The position numbers and the translations under genes are program-made. Of a stretch of DNA of 64,000 bases, positions 26,873-40,289 are shown piece after piece. The stretch covers positions 76,076,620-76,140,619 of the forward strand of contig NC_068984.1 in assembly GCF_001194135.2 (NCBI RefSeq), given 5' to 3'. Origin of the DNA: Octopus bimaculoides. Its lineage: Eukaryota. Numbering within the stretch: the first letter of the stretch is position 1; every line of letters begins with the position of its first letter. The notes beneath the pieces are model-generated. The model did not search any database. It was not told where the DNA came from and saw only the letters and a program-made list of their open reading frames with translations.

Positions 26873-27070
26873 ACTCTAGGCACAAGGCCTGAAATTTTTA
26901 GGGAGGGAAAGGTTGATTAGATCGACCCCTGTATGCTACTGGCACTTAATTTATTGACTCCATAATCATGAAAGGTAAAGTTGATCTCAATGGAATTTGA
27001 ACTCAGAACGTGAAGACATGAAATACTGCTAAGCATTTTGCCTGGCATGGTAAAATTTCTGCCAGCTCAC
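26873..27070 (-). mobile_element. SINE family B
   Basis: Same consensus: CACAAGGCCTGAAATTTT...AAAGTTGATCTC...TTTGAACTCAGAACG...CTGCCAGCTCACC. Confidence 0.78.
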
Positions 27071-27314
27071 CAGCTTATCTACATGAAATATATTGCTAGT
27101 TACTTCTCGTGTATTTGTTTTTAGAAAAAGAAAAAAAAAAGTTACAGTGAAATGTAGAAGATATTAATTTAAACATTTATTTACAATAAGGTTAATGAAC
27201 GAAATATGAACTGGTGGAATACTGTCATGTATTTTGTCTTTCCAACTGTAATCCCATCCCAAATAATGAGATAAGTAAATATGAATATAGGATTTCAGAG
27301 TTAAAAAGTGAAAT

Positions 27315-27371
<57 letters not shown>

Positions 27372-27612
27372 GTGCCTCCTCTTACTTTACTTATCTGTGA
27401 TACTACATTTATGAATATACAGCTGTTAACTTTTTGCAATCGATCAAAATATTCTTCTGTAGATAGTTGTACAGTTAAACTGGCATCGGAATTACATGGC
27501 AATAGGTTCTATACCAATAAGGGGCACCTTTGGCAAAAGTGCCTTCTGCTATATCTTTAAGTGGAATTTGATAGACAGAAGTTGTGTAGTAACGTCTCAT
27601 GTGCAGGTGTGA

Positions 27613-27681
<69 letters not shown>

Positions 27682-29994
27682 AATGTGTATACCAGAGATA
27701 AAAATAGTTTGGTCAAACAGCATTCATATGCATCAAAAGGTAACATCCATTCACTATAATCGATTAAAACCTTTAAAATCAGTTCCCCGGCATACCCACA
27801 GTCCAATCTCTGAGGAAAGACATAATATGGATGAATCTATAGCGTGTTGAACAAAATACCTTTTATTATTCTCTCCAAGGCTGATTGCCTTTCATAGATG
27901 TGAGATTGATAAAAATAAGTAAAAAAATCAAGTATTTTGGTGAACTGAAATCAACTATACCCCACAATACTAAATTTGAAGCCTTGTCTCCATGCAAGAA
28001 ATCCATGATCATTATTGTTTATTATAAAATACAACCTATTTAATGTAGGATCCAGAGCCAAATCTAACTTCATCTTAGTGACTTATAAAAAGATGGTCTG
28101 GCTCATTGTTATCCTAATGGTGTGTGTGCCATGTGCATGCACAAATGTTTTGTAACAAGTACATTCGTACAGACACAAATAGTTGCTCAAATAATGCATA
28201 GCAATTAATAATTATGCTTATTAGACATTCAGTTCACAATGCAAGATTTTTACATATATTACTTACAAAATATTAAAAATAGCATTAGTTAGGGTATACA
28301 TATGTCCAAAAGGAAAGAGAGTATGGATGTAGATGGAAGAGCCTTTGATTACATGTCTGCTATATCAAGATTTTTACCTGGAGCTAAATTACAACACCAT
28401 TAATAAAACAAAAGTGACTGGGAAATTGTGATGTAATCAAAATGAAACATGGTCATAAAGGAGCAAGCACTCAGCTGAAGCTGAATATATCTGTTATATT
28501 TGTAACACATGCAAACTAATTCCTCCTGCAGTCAACTTTCCCTTTCATCCATCTGCAGTTTGATAAAATAAACAGCAGTCAAGTACTAGGGTTAATATAA
28601 CTACACCCCATCCCAAATTTGTGAAAACTCATGCTTGTATTAGAAATCATTCTTGTAAAATGCTTTATGGTAATTAGGTATGTCTCCAGGGTTTTGAATT
28701 TAAATCCTTAGGGATTACTTTTCATCCTTATGGGGGGTTGATAAAATAAGCAGCAGTCAAGTTTTATTGAACTGATTATACCCTCCCTGTGGTCTTATGC
28801 CCATGTTAGGAAATGCTGTTATTATAAGAGTTGCATTAGAATAAAGAAGGTGAATTTCTTGTAGACCAACTTAGTTCCAGTCGGGACCCTTCATTTAAGA
28901 AATGTCAAACCTAACTTCTTCCTTTCTCAAAAAAAAAAAAAAAAAAATCTAATCTTATAACTTGTTAAATAAAGACGCGTTTCTCATTCAAACATGGGTT
29001 TCGGTTTCGAATCCTGACTGAGTGAGTAAACTTTTGAAACCAAGGCTAAAAAATCATAATCATAACTTCCCATTCCCCAGCTTCATCTTCTGTAATATTC
29101 AGGCTTCACACCTAATAAGGAAATCATATTATCATCACTTCATAGGTTTATATTTATATAAAGGACCTTGATAAATTTCTGTCATTCCCCAAGCACACAA
29201 ACGCGTGTATGTGTGTGTGTGTGTGTGTACATGAAGGGTGGTGTTGGTAATAGACAAACCCTTATTTCTCTCCAGAAGAGGCCTACTGACCTGTATTCAG
29301 CCTACATCCCAGTATGAAGACCAACATTCAAAACTTTCATTCAAAGCAGACATTCTTTACTCAATATTAGAATCCTCCTTCCTCTTGTACAAGGGTGAGG
29401 AGGAGGAGGGGTAATAGCCTGGGGGTGAAGAAGAAGGGAGGGAGGGTGAGTGAAGTGGGTGATGGTAGCAGTAGCAGTGGTAGTCATAAGGACTGAGTGT
29501 GATGATAATGCTTGCGATATAGCAGCAACTCTTACTGCAGCCGGTAGACTGAAAGGATGGATGGCTACATGGGTGACCTGCATGCATCAAGCTAGGCTAC
29601 TACTACTACTACTACCACCACCACCACAACAACTAATGTTGTAACAAGAATGAAATCATAGAGATAAATATACAACTGAACAAACAGAACATAATGAACA
29701 AAGTAAAAAATTAAAAAAAAAATTAATGCAAGCTGTAACTCAGTTTATAATTTTATCTCTTTCTTACCTTCTAGCCCCAACAAAGACACTTATTTTAAAT
29801 AGTTTCTGATAGGTAAATATTAAAATGATACAAAAATACAAAAAAGGGCATGAGAAGATGGAGTAAAAGTAAATAAATATCAACAAATCTAATCTTATCA
29901 ATGTTTACAGATTATAATGATTTCTTCCTTTGTTTTATTTCGTTTCACTTTTTTGCTGCTTCAGTATAAAATAAAAAAACCGGGAAGTGGAAGC

Positions 29995-30397
29995 AGGGAT
30001 CTTCTATCTTCACCAGTTTTCAGTCACAGGACTGTGACCGTAACGGGGCACTGCCTTGATGGGTTCAGTCAAACAAATAGACCCCAACACTTATTTTTTA
30101 AAGCCTGGTACTTATTCTGTCAGTCGCTTCTGCTAAACTGCTAGTTTACAGGGACATAAACAAACATTGGTTGTCAAATGGTGGCAAGGGACAAAAACAC
30201 AAAAAAAACTGCACACACACTATACATACATACATATATACACACGATGGACTTTTTTCAGTTTGTGTCTACCAAATCCACTCACAAGGCTTTGATCAGC
30301 CTGGGGCTATAGTAGAGGATACTTGCCCAAGCTTCCACAAAGTGTGACTGAAGTCAAAACCACATGGTTGAGAAGTAAGCTTCTCAACTACACATCC
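29995..30397 (-). mobile_element. SINE family A, older copy
   Basis: Collinear with 20105-20464, with more substitutions. Confidence 0.75.
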
Positions 30398-31204
30398 AAG
30401 CCTGTGATAAAATATTAAATCAAATAAGGGAAACAAGAAAAAAAAGGAAAATGATGCATGCAGAAATGAAAATGGAAGAAAAAAAAAAACAAAATTATTA
30501 AAAGCCTAAACTTCTTGACTTGCAATGGTACTGAGTTTGGGGTTTCCAATGGATCAATTATACACCCTATTTAAGGTAATGTGTACTCCACACCAATCCA
30601 TCACAGTGCAGTTTGTAAACATAAAGGTATCCAATTAGTTAAAGTTAATTTGGAGTGTAGTCAGGGTGGGGTGCCACCTTCAAGGGGTGATTGTATTAAG
30701 CCCAGTATTTGTTCATTAACTAGTTATTACATATACTTTGGAAGACAAAACAATAAAATCTGTTTCAGTAGGATCTTGACTCAATAATGCAAAACACATA
30801 ACACAAAGCACTTTGCCTATTGCTCTACTGATTATTCCAATCAACTGTGTGTGTGTGTGTGTGTGTATACATTTCATGATATGCATATGTATATATGTAA
30901 ATGTGTACATGTGTGTGAGTATGTGACAGTACACCAAACAAAGATAGTTGTGTTAAAACTTCAGTTCAAAATTATTACATATAAATATTTAAAACTGCAA
31001 ACGAATTTCTAAAAATATTTTCTACCAGGCATTTAGGTGTACATGTGTGCGTGTGTTATATCTGCCAGCTATTGAAATTAAACAAGCATGAATTTTGAAA
31101 TTTATAAAACATATGAATTAGACTAAACAAACAGTTAAAAAAATTTTAGGGATATACACATGGAAACAATGGTTTACTGAAAATTCAATTCACAACAATT
31201 TTGA

Positions 31205-31247
31205 TACACACACACACACACAGACACACCAGGTTATTATGCCTAAG

Positions 31248-31315
<68 letters not shown>

Positions 31316-31340
31316 NNNNNNNNNNGTTATTATGCCTAAG

Positions 31341-31381
<41 letters not shown>

Positions 31382-31429
31382 GACAGACACACCAGGTTAT
31401 TATGCCTAAGTAATATATATATATATATG

Positions 31430-31470
<41 letters not shown>

Positions 31471-31500
31471 AAACACATGCACATACACACACACACAAAC
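31205..31500. repeat. Compound tandem repeat: three units of (CA)n-CAGGTTATTATGCCTAAGTAA-(TA)n
   Basis: Core motif seen at 31230-31250, 31326-31343 (after a 10-N gap) and 31393-31413. Confidence 0.8.
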
Positions 31501-31601
31501 ACACACTCATAGAAATCTATCAGATTTAACTCTGGATTAATAAGAGAGCTTCTACATGCCAAACCTAGAAATAGCAGTTAGATCTCTCAAATTATACTAT
31601 C

Positions 31602-31649
<48 letters not shown>

Positions 31650-32266
31650 AAGCAAGGACATATTGAGCAATTCTTTTGCTCATACAACTAGTGGATCAGA
31701 CCTGATTTGTTGCTAAGCCACAACAACACTGTGCACCTATTTATTTAATATTAACAAACTAACATACATACACGTGAACAAACAAAATTGCAAATGTATT
31801 TTTCGGCTGAAAATGCTACAGGACTCTCAGATTTCAAATCCTTAACTCTCTAAAGGGTTTACGCGATAGATAAAATAGATGGGAAAATGAACTTTTCTCA
31901 TTTTGTGTTCAGACCCTAGCCAAAATATACATGGTGCAAGATACACATTGAGAATAAATAAATAAAGAATAGAGTATATGAAATGTGAAAGTGTAGAAAA
32001 CAGAACTGCAGATACGATCACATGTATACATTGGGAGATATTGACAAAAAAAAAAAAAAAAAAAANNNNNNNNNNNNNNNNNNNNNNNNNNNNNNNNNNN
32101 NNNNNNNNNNNNNNNNNNNNNNNNNNNNNNNNNNNNNNNNNNNNNNNNNNNNNNNNNNNNNNNNNNNNNNNNNNNNNNNNNNNNNNNNNNNNNNNNNNNN
32201 NNNNNNNNNNNNNNNNNNNNNNNNNNNNNNNNNNNNNNNNNNNNNNNNNNNNNNNNNNNNNNNNNN

Positions 32267-32317
<51 letters not shown>

Positions 32318-33714
32318 ACATACATACACATATACGGACAGACACATACATACATACATACACATAAAAATATGTACATGCATACATATTACACACATAC
32401 ATATACACTCACACATGGTGGGCTTCTACTAAGTATCATTGGGTGGCCCAGGGCTATAACAGAAGATATTTCCAAAAAGATGACATGTAGGGAGACTCAA
32501 CTCAAAGCCATATTGTTGCAAAGTGAACTTCTTAACCACACAGCCAAGCCTGTACCAATAATCCAAATTTTATTTTAATACCTATATTTACCTGGATAAA
32601 TGAATATATGTAAATGTATGCAAATATATTCAAATACACAGTTATATTCCTATAATAATTCATTTTTAATATTTCTTTAACAAGAAAAATAAATAGCCGA
32701 AATAGAAAATGAAAGTGAACAAAGAAAATGACAAAAGTTTGAGAATAGTGATTCCTCTAACTGCCCTAAAGCATAAATAATAAAATTCCTCAACTACAGG
32801 AATATTAAAATATAAGAACTCATTTCTAGACTCTAGAAAACAGTAAGTAAAATAAATATGCATGGAAACAATATGGGAGAAATGGTAGAGAGTTGGTCAA
32901 AATATCTTGTGGCCTTCTGTAATGTCCCTTCATAAAATGAGTTCAAATCTTGTCATAGTTGACAGACATCCTTCCAATACTTTTGTTTCAAATTTTGGCA
33001 TAAGACCATCAATTTTGTGGGGAGGGAACAAATTGGTTATATTGGCTCCAGTACTTGATGCTTTATTTTATTTGCACTAAGGGGATGAATGGCATGGTTG
33101 GATTTGGTCTCAAAACATAAAGAGCCAAAAGAAATGCCACTAAGCATCCTTCCAATTGATGAAATAAAGAAGCAATAAATTATCGAAGGCCAATATAATC
33201 ACCTACATCCTTAAATTATTGCCACTTCAATATCAACAGGTTTATTGTATCCATAAGAGCAGCCTATGTTCCAATATTGTCTCAGTCCAACGAGTGATGC
33301 CAGTATAAGTACCAAAATAAAAAGAAATTTATTAATACAGGATACATTTTGCACTCCACCCACAAAACAACAAAAAAAATAATAGATGTCTACTCATAAA
33401 CTGATGATTGAAATATATATAATGTATTATATACACGTAGAAATGAATCATTTTGATAAATATATACACTATTGTATGTATTGCATATTTTGCCTTAAAG
33501 GGGAATATAAAATATCTTACGATATAACAAAAATATGCTTTAAAAAAAATAAAAAAGGAAATTCAGTCTTTATTGCAATAGTCTTTTCTATTATTGGCCA
33601 TGAACTTACCACATTGGGGACAATACAAAGACAAAATTAAAAAAAAAAAAAAGGTTGACATCGAGTAAAAAAAGGAAGTTAACAACAATAGATGATACCA
33701 ACAAACTTAAGAGT

Positions 33715-33920
33715 TTCAAAATTAGGCACAAGGCCAGCAATTTGGGGAAAGAGGATTAGTTGAGACCATTACTTGACTGGTACATTACCTTATCAACCCT
33801 GAAAGGATAATTGGCAAAGTTGAATTTTGCAGAGATTTGAACGCTGAAGATATGGAACAGGAAAAAATGCTACAAAGAGATTTTCTTTTTACAATGCACT
33901 AATGATTCTGCCAATCCAAC
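33715..33920 (-). mobile_element. SINE family B, degenerate
   Basis: GGCACAAGGCCAGCAATTT...CCCTGAAAGGAT...AAAGTTGA motifs. Confidence 0.6.
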
Positions 33921-35152
33921 TAAAAAACAGTAACATGCTGTGTCTGCCACAGAGGTCTTTTATATGAATCCATTCATGTAAGAGGGTGAGCATGTGTGAG
34001 TGTAAATAAATAAATAAATAGCTGTTACATGCAAGTGAATATGATCTGGAAGCTTGTGCTATGTTGATTGTTTCATGAAGTTGCAAGAAGACAGACATCC
34101 TACTCTTGACCCAGCAGGAGAGAGAGAAGGGGGGGTACACCAGAACTAAACTGTTTATTTTTTACAGCTGAACAATATGAAATGAAGTGCCTTGTTCAGG
34201 GATGCAACAACATACTGAGTGATTCCAAGAACTGAGCCTACAACCAAGTTAACCAAGAGGTTATGTGCTACCGCAGACTGCACGGCTTATATATACTTTT
34301 TATCTTTTAATTGCTTCAGTCATTGGACTGCAGCCAAGCTGGAGCACTGCTTGAAATGTTTTGCTGAACAAATTGGCCTTAAGACTTACTTTCTTTAAGC
34401 CTGGTACTTTTAGGAAAGGGATGTAAAATTGATGTTCATATTACATATCTACCTATCTGTATATATATACATGTCGGAGCAAAAGAGTTGTTTGCTAACC
34501 AAAAACTTTTGATCAGGCAGTTTACCTTTATGTATTAATTCTCCTTAAGCAGAGCAGATGACAGAAAGGGTGAAATATAAAGTATATATAAAAAATAGGG
34601 TCAACAAACAGAAAGTGAAATGATTCTTTCAAATGGTTCAATCAAGAATGCTGATAATTTACAAGTGTTTACAGAAAAAAAAAAAGAAAGAGATTATAGC
34701 ATCCTAGACATCCTGCCATTGACATTTGTCATTATCTTATATAAACCAACTGCAGATGGTAATTATTTTCTGCAAATTTAAAATGAAGCTGCTAATGTAA
34801 AACCGGATTACTGAGTTTTAAGTAATATATATGGGGTCTTATTGGTGTTGGTCATTAGATTAAGGCCATGCTGAAGCACTACCATCTATAGTGTAGCCAA
34901 TTATGTCAACTTCATTACTTAAGTAGCACTTATTTTACCAACCTTGGAAGGATGAAAGCTAAAGTGGACTTTGTCCACTTATATTTTCAATTTGAATTCT
35001 TGACCAAGCTACCAGTTTTGGCAACTTTGTTCTGTTTTCTTTTCATTTTGTAGTTTACTTTGTACCTTCTTGCATTGTTCTGGCTTTACACAACTACATT
35101 CTTGAAAGTTATACCTCACAAAGCTTCACAAAAATTACCTCATTTTAATATA

Positions 35153-36407
35153 CACAGACATGAAGGAAGTAAATAGACACCTTTAATTTTCAAAATCTTT
35201 TATTTAATATGCAAAGCAAACGACTGAAATGTAATCGATAGGTAGGACTACAAACTTTAGTATTTAGTTGACATTCCCTTTGCAGTTTTTAATTCAGAAA
35301 CTCATTTTGGCATTGAACTGATGAGCTTTATGATTGAATTTCTGCCCACTTTTCATGCAACAATCGAAACAATTCATTTTTAGATTTAGGTTTCTGTCGA
35401 GTTTTTCGTATAGCTCTATCTAGTTTGCTCCAAAGATTTTCAATTGGGTTCATGTCAGAAGATTAGCTCGGCCAAGGAAGCTTTTTGATCCCATTTTTAG
35501 TCAGCCATTGTTGATTCCTTTTCGCTGTGTGGCATGGAGCCCCTTCTTCCATGAATAAAAACTCATTTTTCGTTAGGTTATCATGTGAATACATCTGAAG
35601 TAGTCCTTGCTTAAGTATTTCAGAGAGTTTATGGTTCCAACACATTCGATCAGCTCAGAATGACCATTGCTGCTGACAGCTCCCCATACTATTACAGAGA
35701 TACCACCATGTTTCACAGTTGGTTGGAGTCGTTTCAAATCAAATTCTTGATTGGGAAGCCTCCAGACCTAAACACGTCCACTGTCTGAAAATAATGCAAG
35801 TCTGGATTCATCTGAAAAAATCACTATCCCAAAATGAACTGGATTTTTCTGACATCTCCTTAGCCTGTTTCTTTCTTTCCATGATATTAATTAGTTGAAG
35901 GAGAGGTTTTCTTCTAGCTGCTCTTCCATAATACCCAAGCTTATGCAGATATGTAACACACGTTCTTGGACTAACTTCTAGCTGTTTTGCAATGTCAGAA
36001 GCCTTTGAACAGGATTCATTTTCCACAATTCTCTTCAAACAGCAAAGCTTCCTTTCCGAGGGCTCAAGTCAGCCAGGACGAGAATCTGTTGATTCTTTTC
36101 CTTGGCTTTTGAATTGCACTATAATTCTATTAAAAGTAGCAAGAGGAATTTGAAGATTTTTGTCAATTTTTCACTGGCTAAGACCAGCCTCAGATTGCCC
36201 AACAATACAACCCCTTTGAAAATCTGACAGTTCTGCTGAATTTTTTGTGCGTGGCATGGTTACTCTTCGCAAATGTTTAATATTATGGCACCTGGAATGA
36301 AAAAGAATAATTACATTGTAAATTCTACACTGCTGAAAACATATTAAGACGCTTAGATCAGAAATTTTGAAAATTAAAGGTGTCTATTTACTTCCTGCAT
36401 GTCTGTG
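35153..36407 (-). mobile_element. Tc1-family DNA transposon, inactive
   Basis: 44-bp TIRs CACAGACATG(A/C)AGGAAGTAAATAGACACCTTTAATTTTCAAAAT with one mismatch. TA lies at 35151-35152 and 36408-36409. Confidence 0.93.
35257..36257 (-). pseudogene. Degenerate Tc1-like transposase
   Basis: Reads MPRTKNSAELSDFQRGCIVGQSEAGLSQ*..., then YYGRAARRKPLL (Tc1 second HTH region), FMEEGAPCHT and PWPS*SSDMNPIENLW (DDE domain), and ends GMSTKY*. Several in-frame stops and frameshifts. Confidence 0.9.
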
Positions 36408-36704
36408 TATATATATATGTGTGCGTGTGTGTATTATATATACACACACACACAAATATACATGTATGTAAGGAGATATACCTATATTTACATGTAGAAA
36501 TATATGTGTAAATAATATAAAATATAGGTGTGTGTGTATACACACACACACATACATACATTTCATCTGGAGTTAAACTTCACGAGTAAGTCATTGTATC
36601 CAAATCCTTGTGCAAAAGCCAAGACAATTACATGTGGAAAAGCCATTGTAGCCAGGTTAAGAAGAATTTTAAAAAATTCATTTTCAATCTATTTCATGAA
36701 ATTA

Positions 36705-37085
36705 TCTTTTATCTTTTACAATCATTAGACTGCAGCCATGCTGGGATACTGCCTTGAAGAATTCTTAGTTGAATGTATTAACCCCAGTACTTATTTTCTA
36801 AAAGCCTGGTACTTATTCTATTGCTGTCTTTTGCCAAACAGCTAAGTCACAGTGACATAAACACACCAAGACCAGTTGTCAAGCATTGGTGGAATGACAA
36901 ACAAAAAGAGAGAGAGAGAGACACACACACACACACAATAGGCTTCTTTCAGTTTCTGTCCACCAAATCCACCCACAAGGCTTTGATCGGCCTGAGGCTA
37001 TAGTGGAAGACACTTGCCTAAGGTGGCATGCAGTGGGATTGAACCCTGAACTATGTGGTTGAGAAGCAAGCTTCTTACTACACAA
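36705..37085 (-). mobile_element. SINE family A
   Basis: Collinear with 20105-20464. Confidence 0.8.
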
Positions 37086-37277
37086 TCATGCCTGTCAACA
37101 TTCTTTTGTCCAAATGCAACCTGGTCACTGATTTATGTGTGTGAAATAAAATAATTGATGAGAAGAGGTGAAACATAACATAGTAAAACTAAAAATCTAA
37201 CTAGGAATTAGTGCATGTTACATTTAGATTTAAGCACTATTATATGAATATGCTCATGCATGGAATTGCACACACAG

Positions 37278-38360
37278 CATCATCATCATCATCATCATCG
37301 TTTAACGTCCGCTTTCCATGCTAGCATGGGTTGGACGATTTGACTGAGGACTGGTGAAACCGGATGGCAACACCAGGCTCCAATCTAAAATTGGCAGAGT
37401 TTCTACAGCTGGATGCCCTTCCTAACGCCAACCACTCAGAGAGTGTAGTAGGTGCTTTTACGTGTCACCCGCACGAAGGCCAGTCAGGCGATACTGGCAA
37501 CGGCCACGCTCGAAATGGTGTCTTTTATGTGCCACCCGCACAAGAGCCAGTCCAGGGGCACTGGCAACGATTTCGCTCGAAAATCCTACGAAGGCCAGTC
37601 AGGCGGTNNNNNNNNNNNNNNNNNNNNNNNNNNNNNNNNNNNNNNNNNNNNNNNNNNNNNNNNNNNNNNNNNNNNNNNNNNNNNNNNNNNNNNNNNNNNN
37701 NNNNNNNNNNNNNNNNNNNNNNNNNNNNNNNNNNNNNNNNNNNNNNNNNNNNNNNNNNNNNNNNNNNNNNNNNNNNNNNNNNNNNNNNNNNNNNNNNNNN
37801 NNNNNNNNNNNNNNNNNNNNNNNNNNNNNNNNNNNNNNNNNNNNNNNNNNNNNNNNNNNNNNNNNNNNNNNNNNNNNNNNNNNNNNNNNNNNNNNNNNNN
37901 NNNNNNNNNNNNNNNNNNNNNNNNNNNNNNNNNNNNNNNNNNNNNNNNNNNNNNNNNNNNNNNNNNNNTGCACACCACAACTGATGCTTCTAATGTTCAG
38001 CTTTTCTCTCAAGATACTTACACTCTGACGGGTATTCACATTGACATTACACATCTAACGGTGCATACTGGCTTCATTCCTTGCGAGCTTATGCATGTCC
38101 TCAGCAGTTACAGCCCATGTTTCACTGCCATATAGCATGGCTGTTTGTACACATGCGTCATACAGTCTGCCTTTTACTCTGAGTGAGAGTCCCTTTGTCG
38201 CCAGCAGAGGTAAGAGCTCTCTAAACTATGCCATGGCTATTCTTATTCCAGCAGCTACACTTTCAGCGCACCCACCCCCACTAACTTGGTCACCCAGATA
38301 GCGGAAGCTATCGACTACCTCTAGTTTTTCACCCTGGAATGAGATAGAAGTTGTTTCCTG
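37278..38360 (-). mobile_element. 5'-truncated RTE-clade LINE (RT C-terminus plus 3' UTR, N-gap inside)
   Basis: Minus strand reads EKLEVVDSFRYLGDQV...KGRLYDACVQTAMLYGSETWAVT...LREKLNIRSI (RTE motifs YLG and YGSETW). The 3' end has AGGAAGGGCATCCAGCTG...GGACGTTAAAC followed by a (GAT)n tail. Confidence 0.88.
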
Positions 38361-39034
38361 TTTGTTTACAGCCTCATATTGTTGCTTTTTGAATGGAATT
38401 CAGATGAAAACTAAGTAGAAGCCTGCACATATGTATGAGGGAGCTGATTACTACTGGTGTTAAAAAATTCAAGAACAACAAGGTTGCAAACACTGAGTTG
38501 ACACATGCTCACAAATATAATTGAGGATGGGGAAACCTTTTCCCAGAGAAAGGCATGAAAGAGTCTTTTTCATGTGACTAGTGTGGCTGTATCTGCTTCC
38601 CAAAGGCAGGAGAATGGTTACAAAGGCATCCATGTCTACCAATGTTCTTTCCTGCAACTTGGGTAACAGAGTAAGTGAACTGGCCAATGGACTCACTCAG
38701 TATTGTAGGTCCTAATATACAGATGGTCAGGCTGTTTGCTGGAAGGCTGACTTATGGTTGATGTGAAATGACTAGTAGGTCTCTTGCAAGCCTTAGGATC
38801 AATGCGAGAGGTCATCATCAATGAGGAGCCCAAACTTGATATGTTTCTTAGAGTGAGATGAGTTTCAGAAATGGCTTTACTTGGTCACACATCAACTTGC
38901 ACCATTTATATGAATAAGATATGTGTATGCATACATGTATGTGTGCAACAGCGGAAAATCCTGTGTTCAGTTGCATCCTTTTATGTCTAAGGCTAGTTTT
39001 TCAATTCAGTAAATATAGGAACAAAGATGGCTGT

Positions 39035-39410
39035 ATCATTTAAGAAGTTTGCAACCACATGGTTTCAGGATCATTCTCACAATGTGGCAATTTGGACAAG
39101 CATCTGCTATAGCCTTATTGTAACCAATGCCTTGTGAGGGAATATGATAGACAAACACTAAAGGAAGCTTGTTGTGTATGTTTGGTGCAAGAATGTTGAC
39201 ATCCTACAGCTCCATTTGAGTGAAATTGTGAATGATGTGTACACTGCTTGTTGACATTATAACCAGTTGCTCTGTTTCCAATAACCTGTGGGACAAAAAA
39301 AAAAAATCTCCCACTTGAAAAACATGTCAGGGTTGAGTGCAACTGTAAAATGCTGCTCTTTAAATGATTTACTGTGAAACTCACGCTAACATGGAAAAAC
39401 AAATGCTAAG
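39035..39410 (+). mobile_element. SINE with family A head and RTE-like tail, degenerate
   Basis: ATGGCTGTATCATTTAAGAAGTTTGCAACCACATGG head and ACGCTAACATGGAAAA tail. Confidence 0.5.
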
Positions 39411-40289
39411 TGAAGGAACAAATGAGAATACGTGCCACACTGAAATGTGTAGGAGGAGGGGCAGCAGCAAATGAACAACTAAAAAGTCTTGAAGGTGATG
39501 CCCCAAGAATATTCTTTCTGTAATAATAAACTCATCTTGAAATTATAGACATGTAAATGTACTTTTTATGTAATTGTTCTATTCCATTTTTCTTTTTCTC
39601 TTTTTCTTTTTGCACTAGAACCATTTAACTGATCTTTTGAAAAAAAATCATCTATCATTTACGACATAGGCTATTTACCTATTCTTTTACTTATATTCTA
39701 TATAGTCTCTATTTATTTCTAACAATAGTCACTCCAATCATTATTTTAAAAGCTTCCTTTCTGTCAGTCATTACTTAAGAGGGGGAGGAATAAGCACTTT
39801 CAATTTAGTAGTGTGATTTAAAAATTACAACAGAAAAATAAATAAAATAAAAGCAAACAAATAAAACTAGTATATCTATTCACAGATGAATATCTCTAAT
39901 ATTATTGGTTTATTCACACTCACAAAAGATATGTTCTTCAGTTGTAATCTCATAATGCAGTATCGACCAAATAACTTCAAAAAGATTTCTCAGTTTTCAA
40001 GTAGTGTGCAATTCCACCCCCATCTCCCTATAGAAATGGTGTAGCTTTGGTTTCGTTAATAAAAAGATTGTCTTTTCACACTCCTCACATAAGATATTAG
40101 ATTTAGCTAAAGCTAAGCATTACCTTGTTCTCTTTTCCTCCATACTATATTTGCATTTGTAATAATATTTTACAGATTATTTTCAACAAATACAGTAAAA
40201 TAATATTGGTTATTATTATGGACTGGCAGAATTGTTACTATTGGATAAAAAATACTTTAGAGTGTTTCTTCCAGCTCTATTACATTATA

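Noticed and set aside
28995-29020. GTTTCGAATCC B-box-like motif suggesting a tRNA gene
   Set aside because: No cloverleaf stems or A-box at the proper spacing. Probably a decayed SINE head.
38480-38900. GC-richer blocks at 6770-7050, 38480-38900, 42840-43140 and 46520-46870 considered as exons
   Set aside because: No sustained frames or paired splice signals. They are probably old unclassified repeat fragments that I could not assign.
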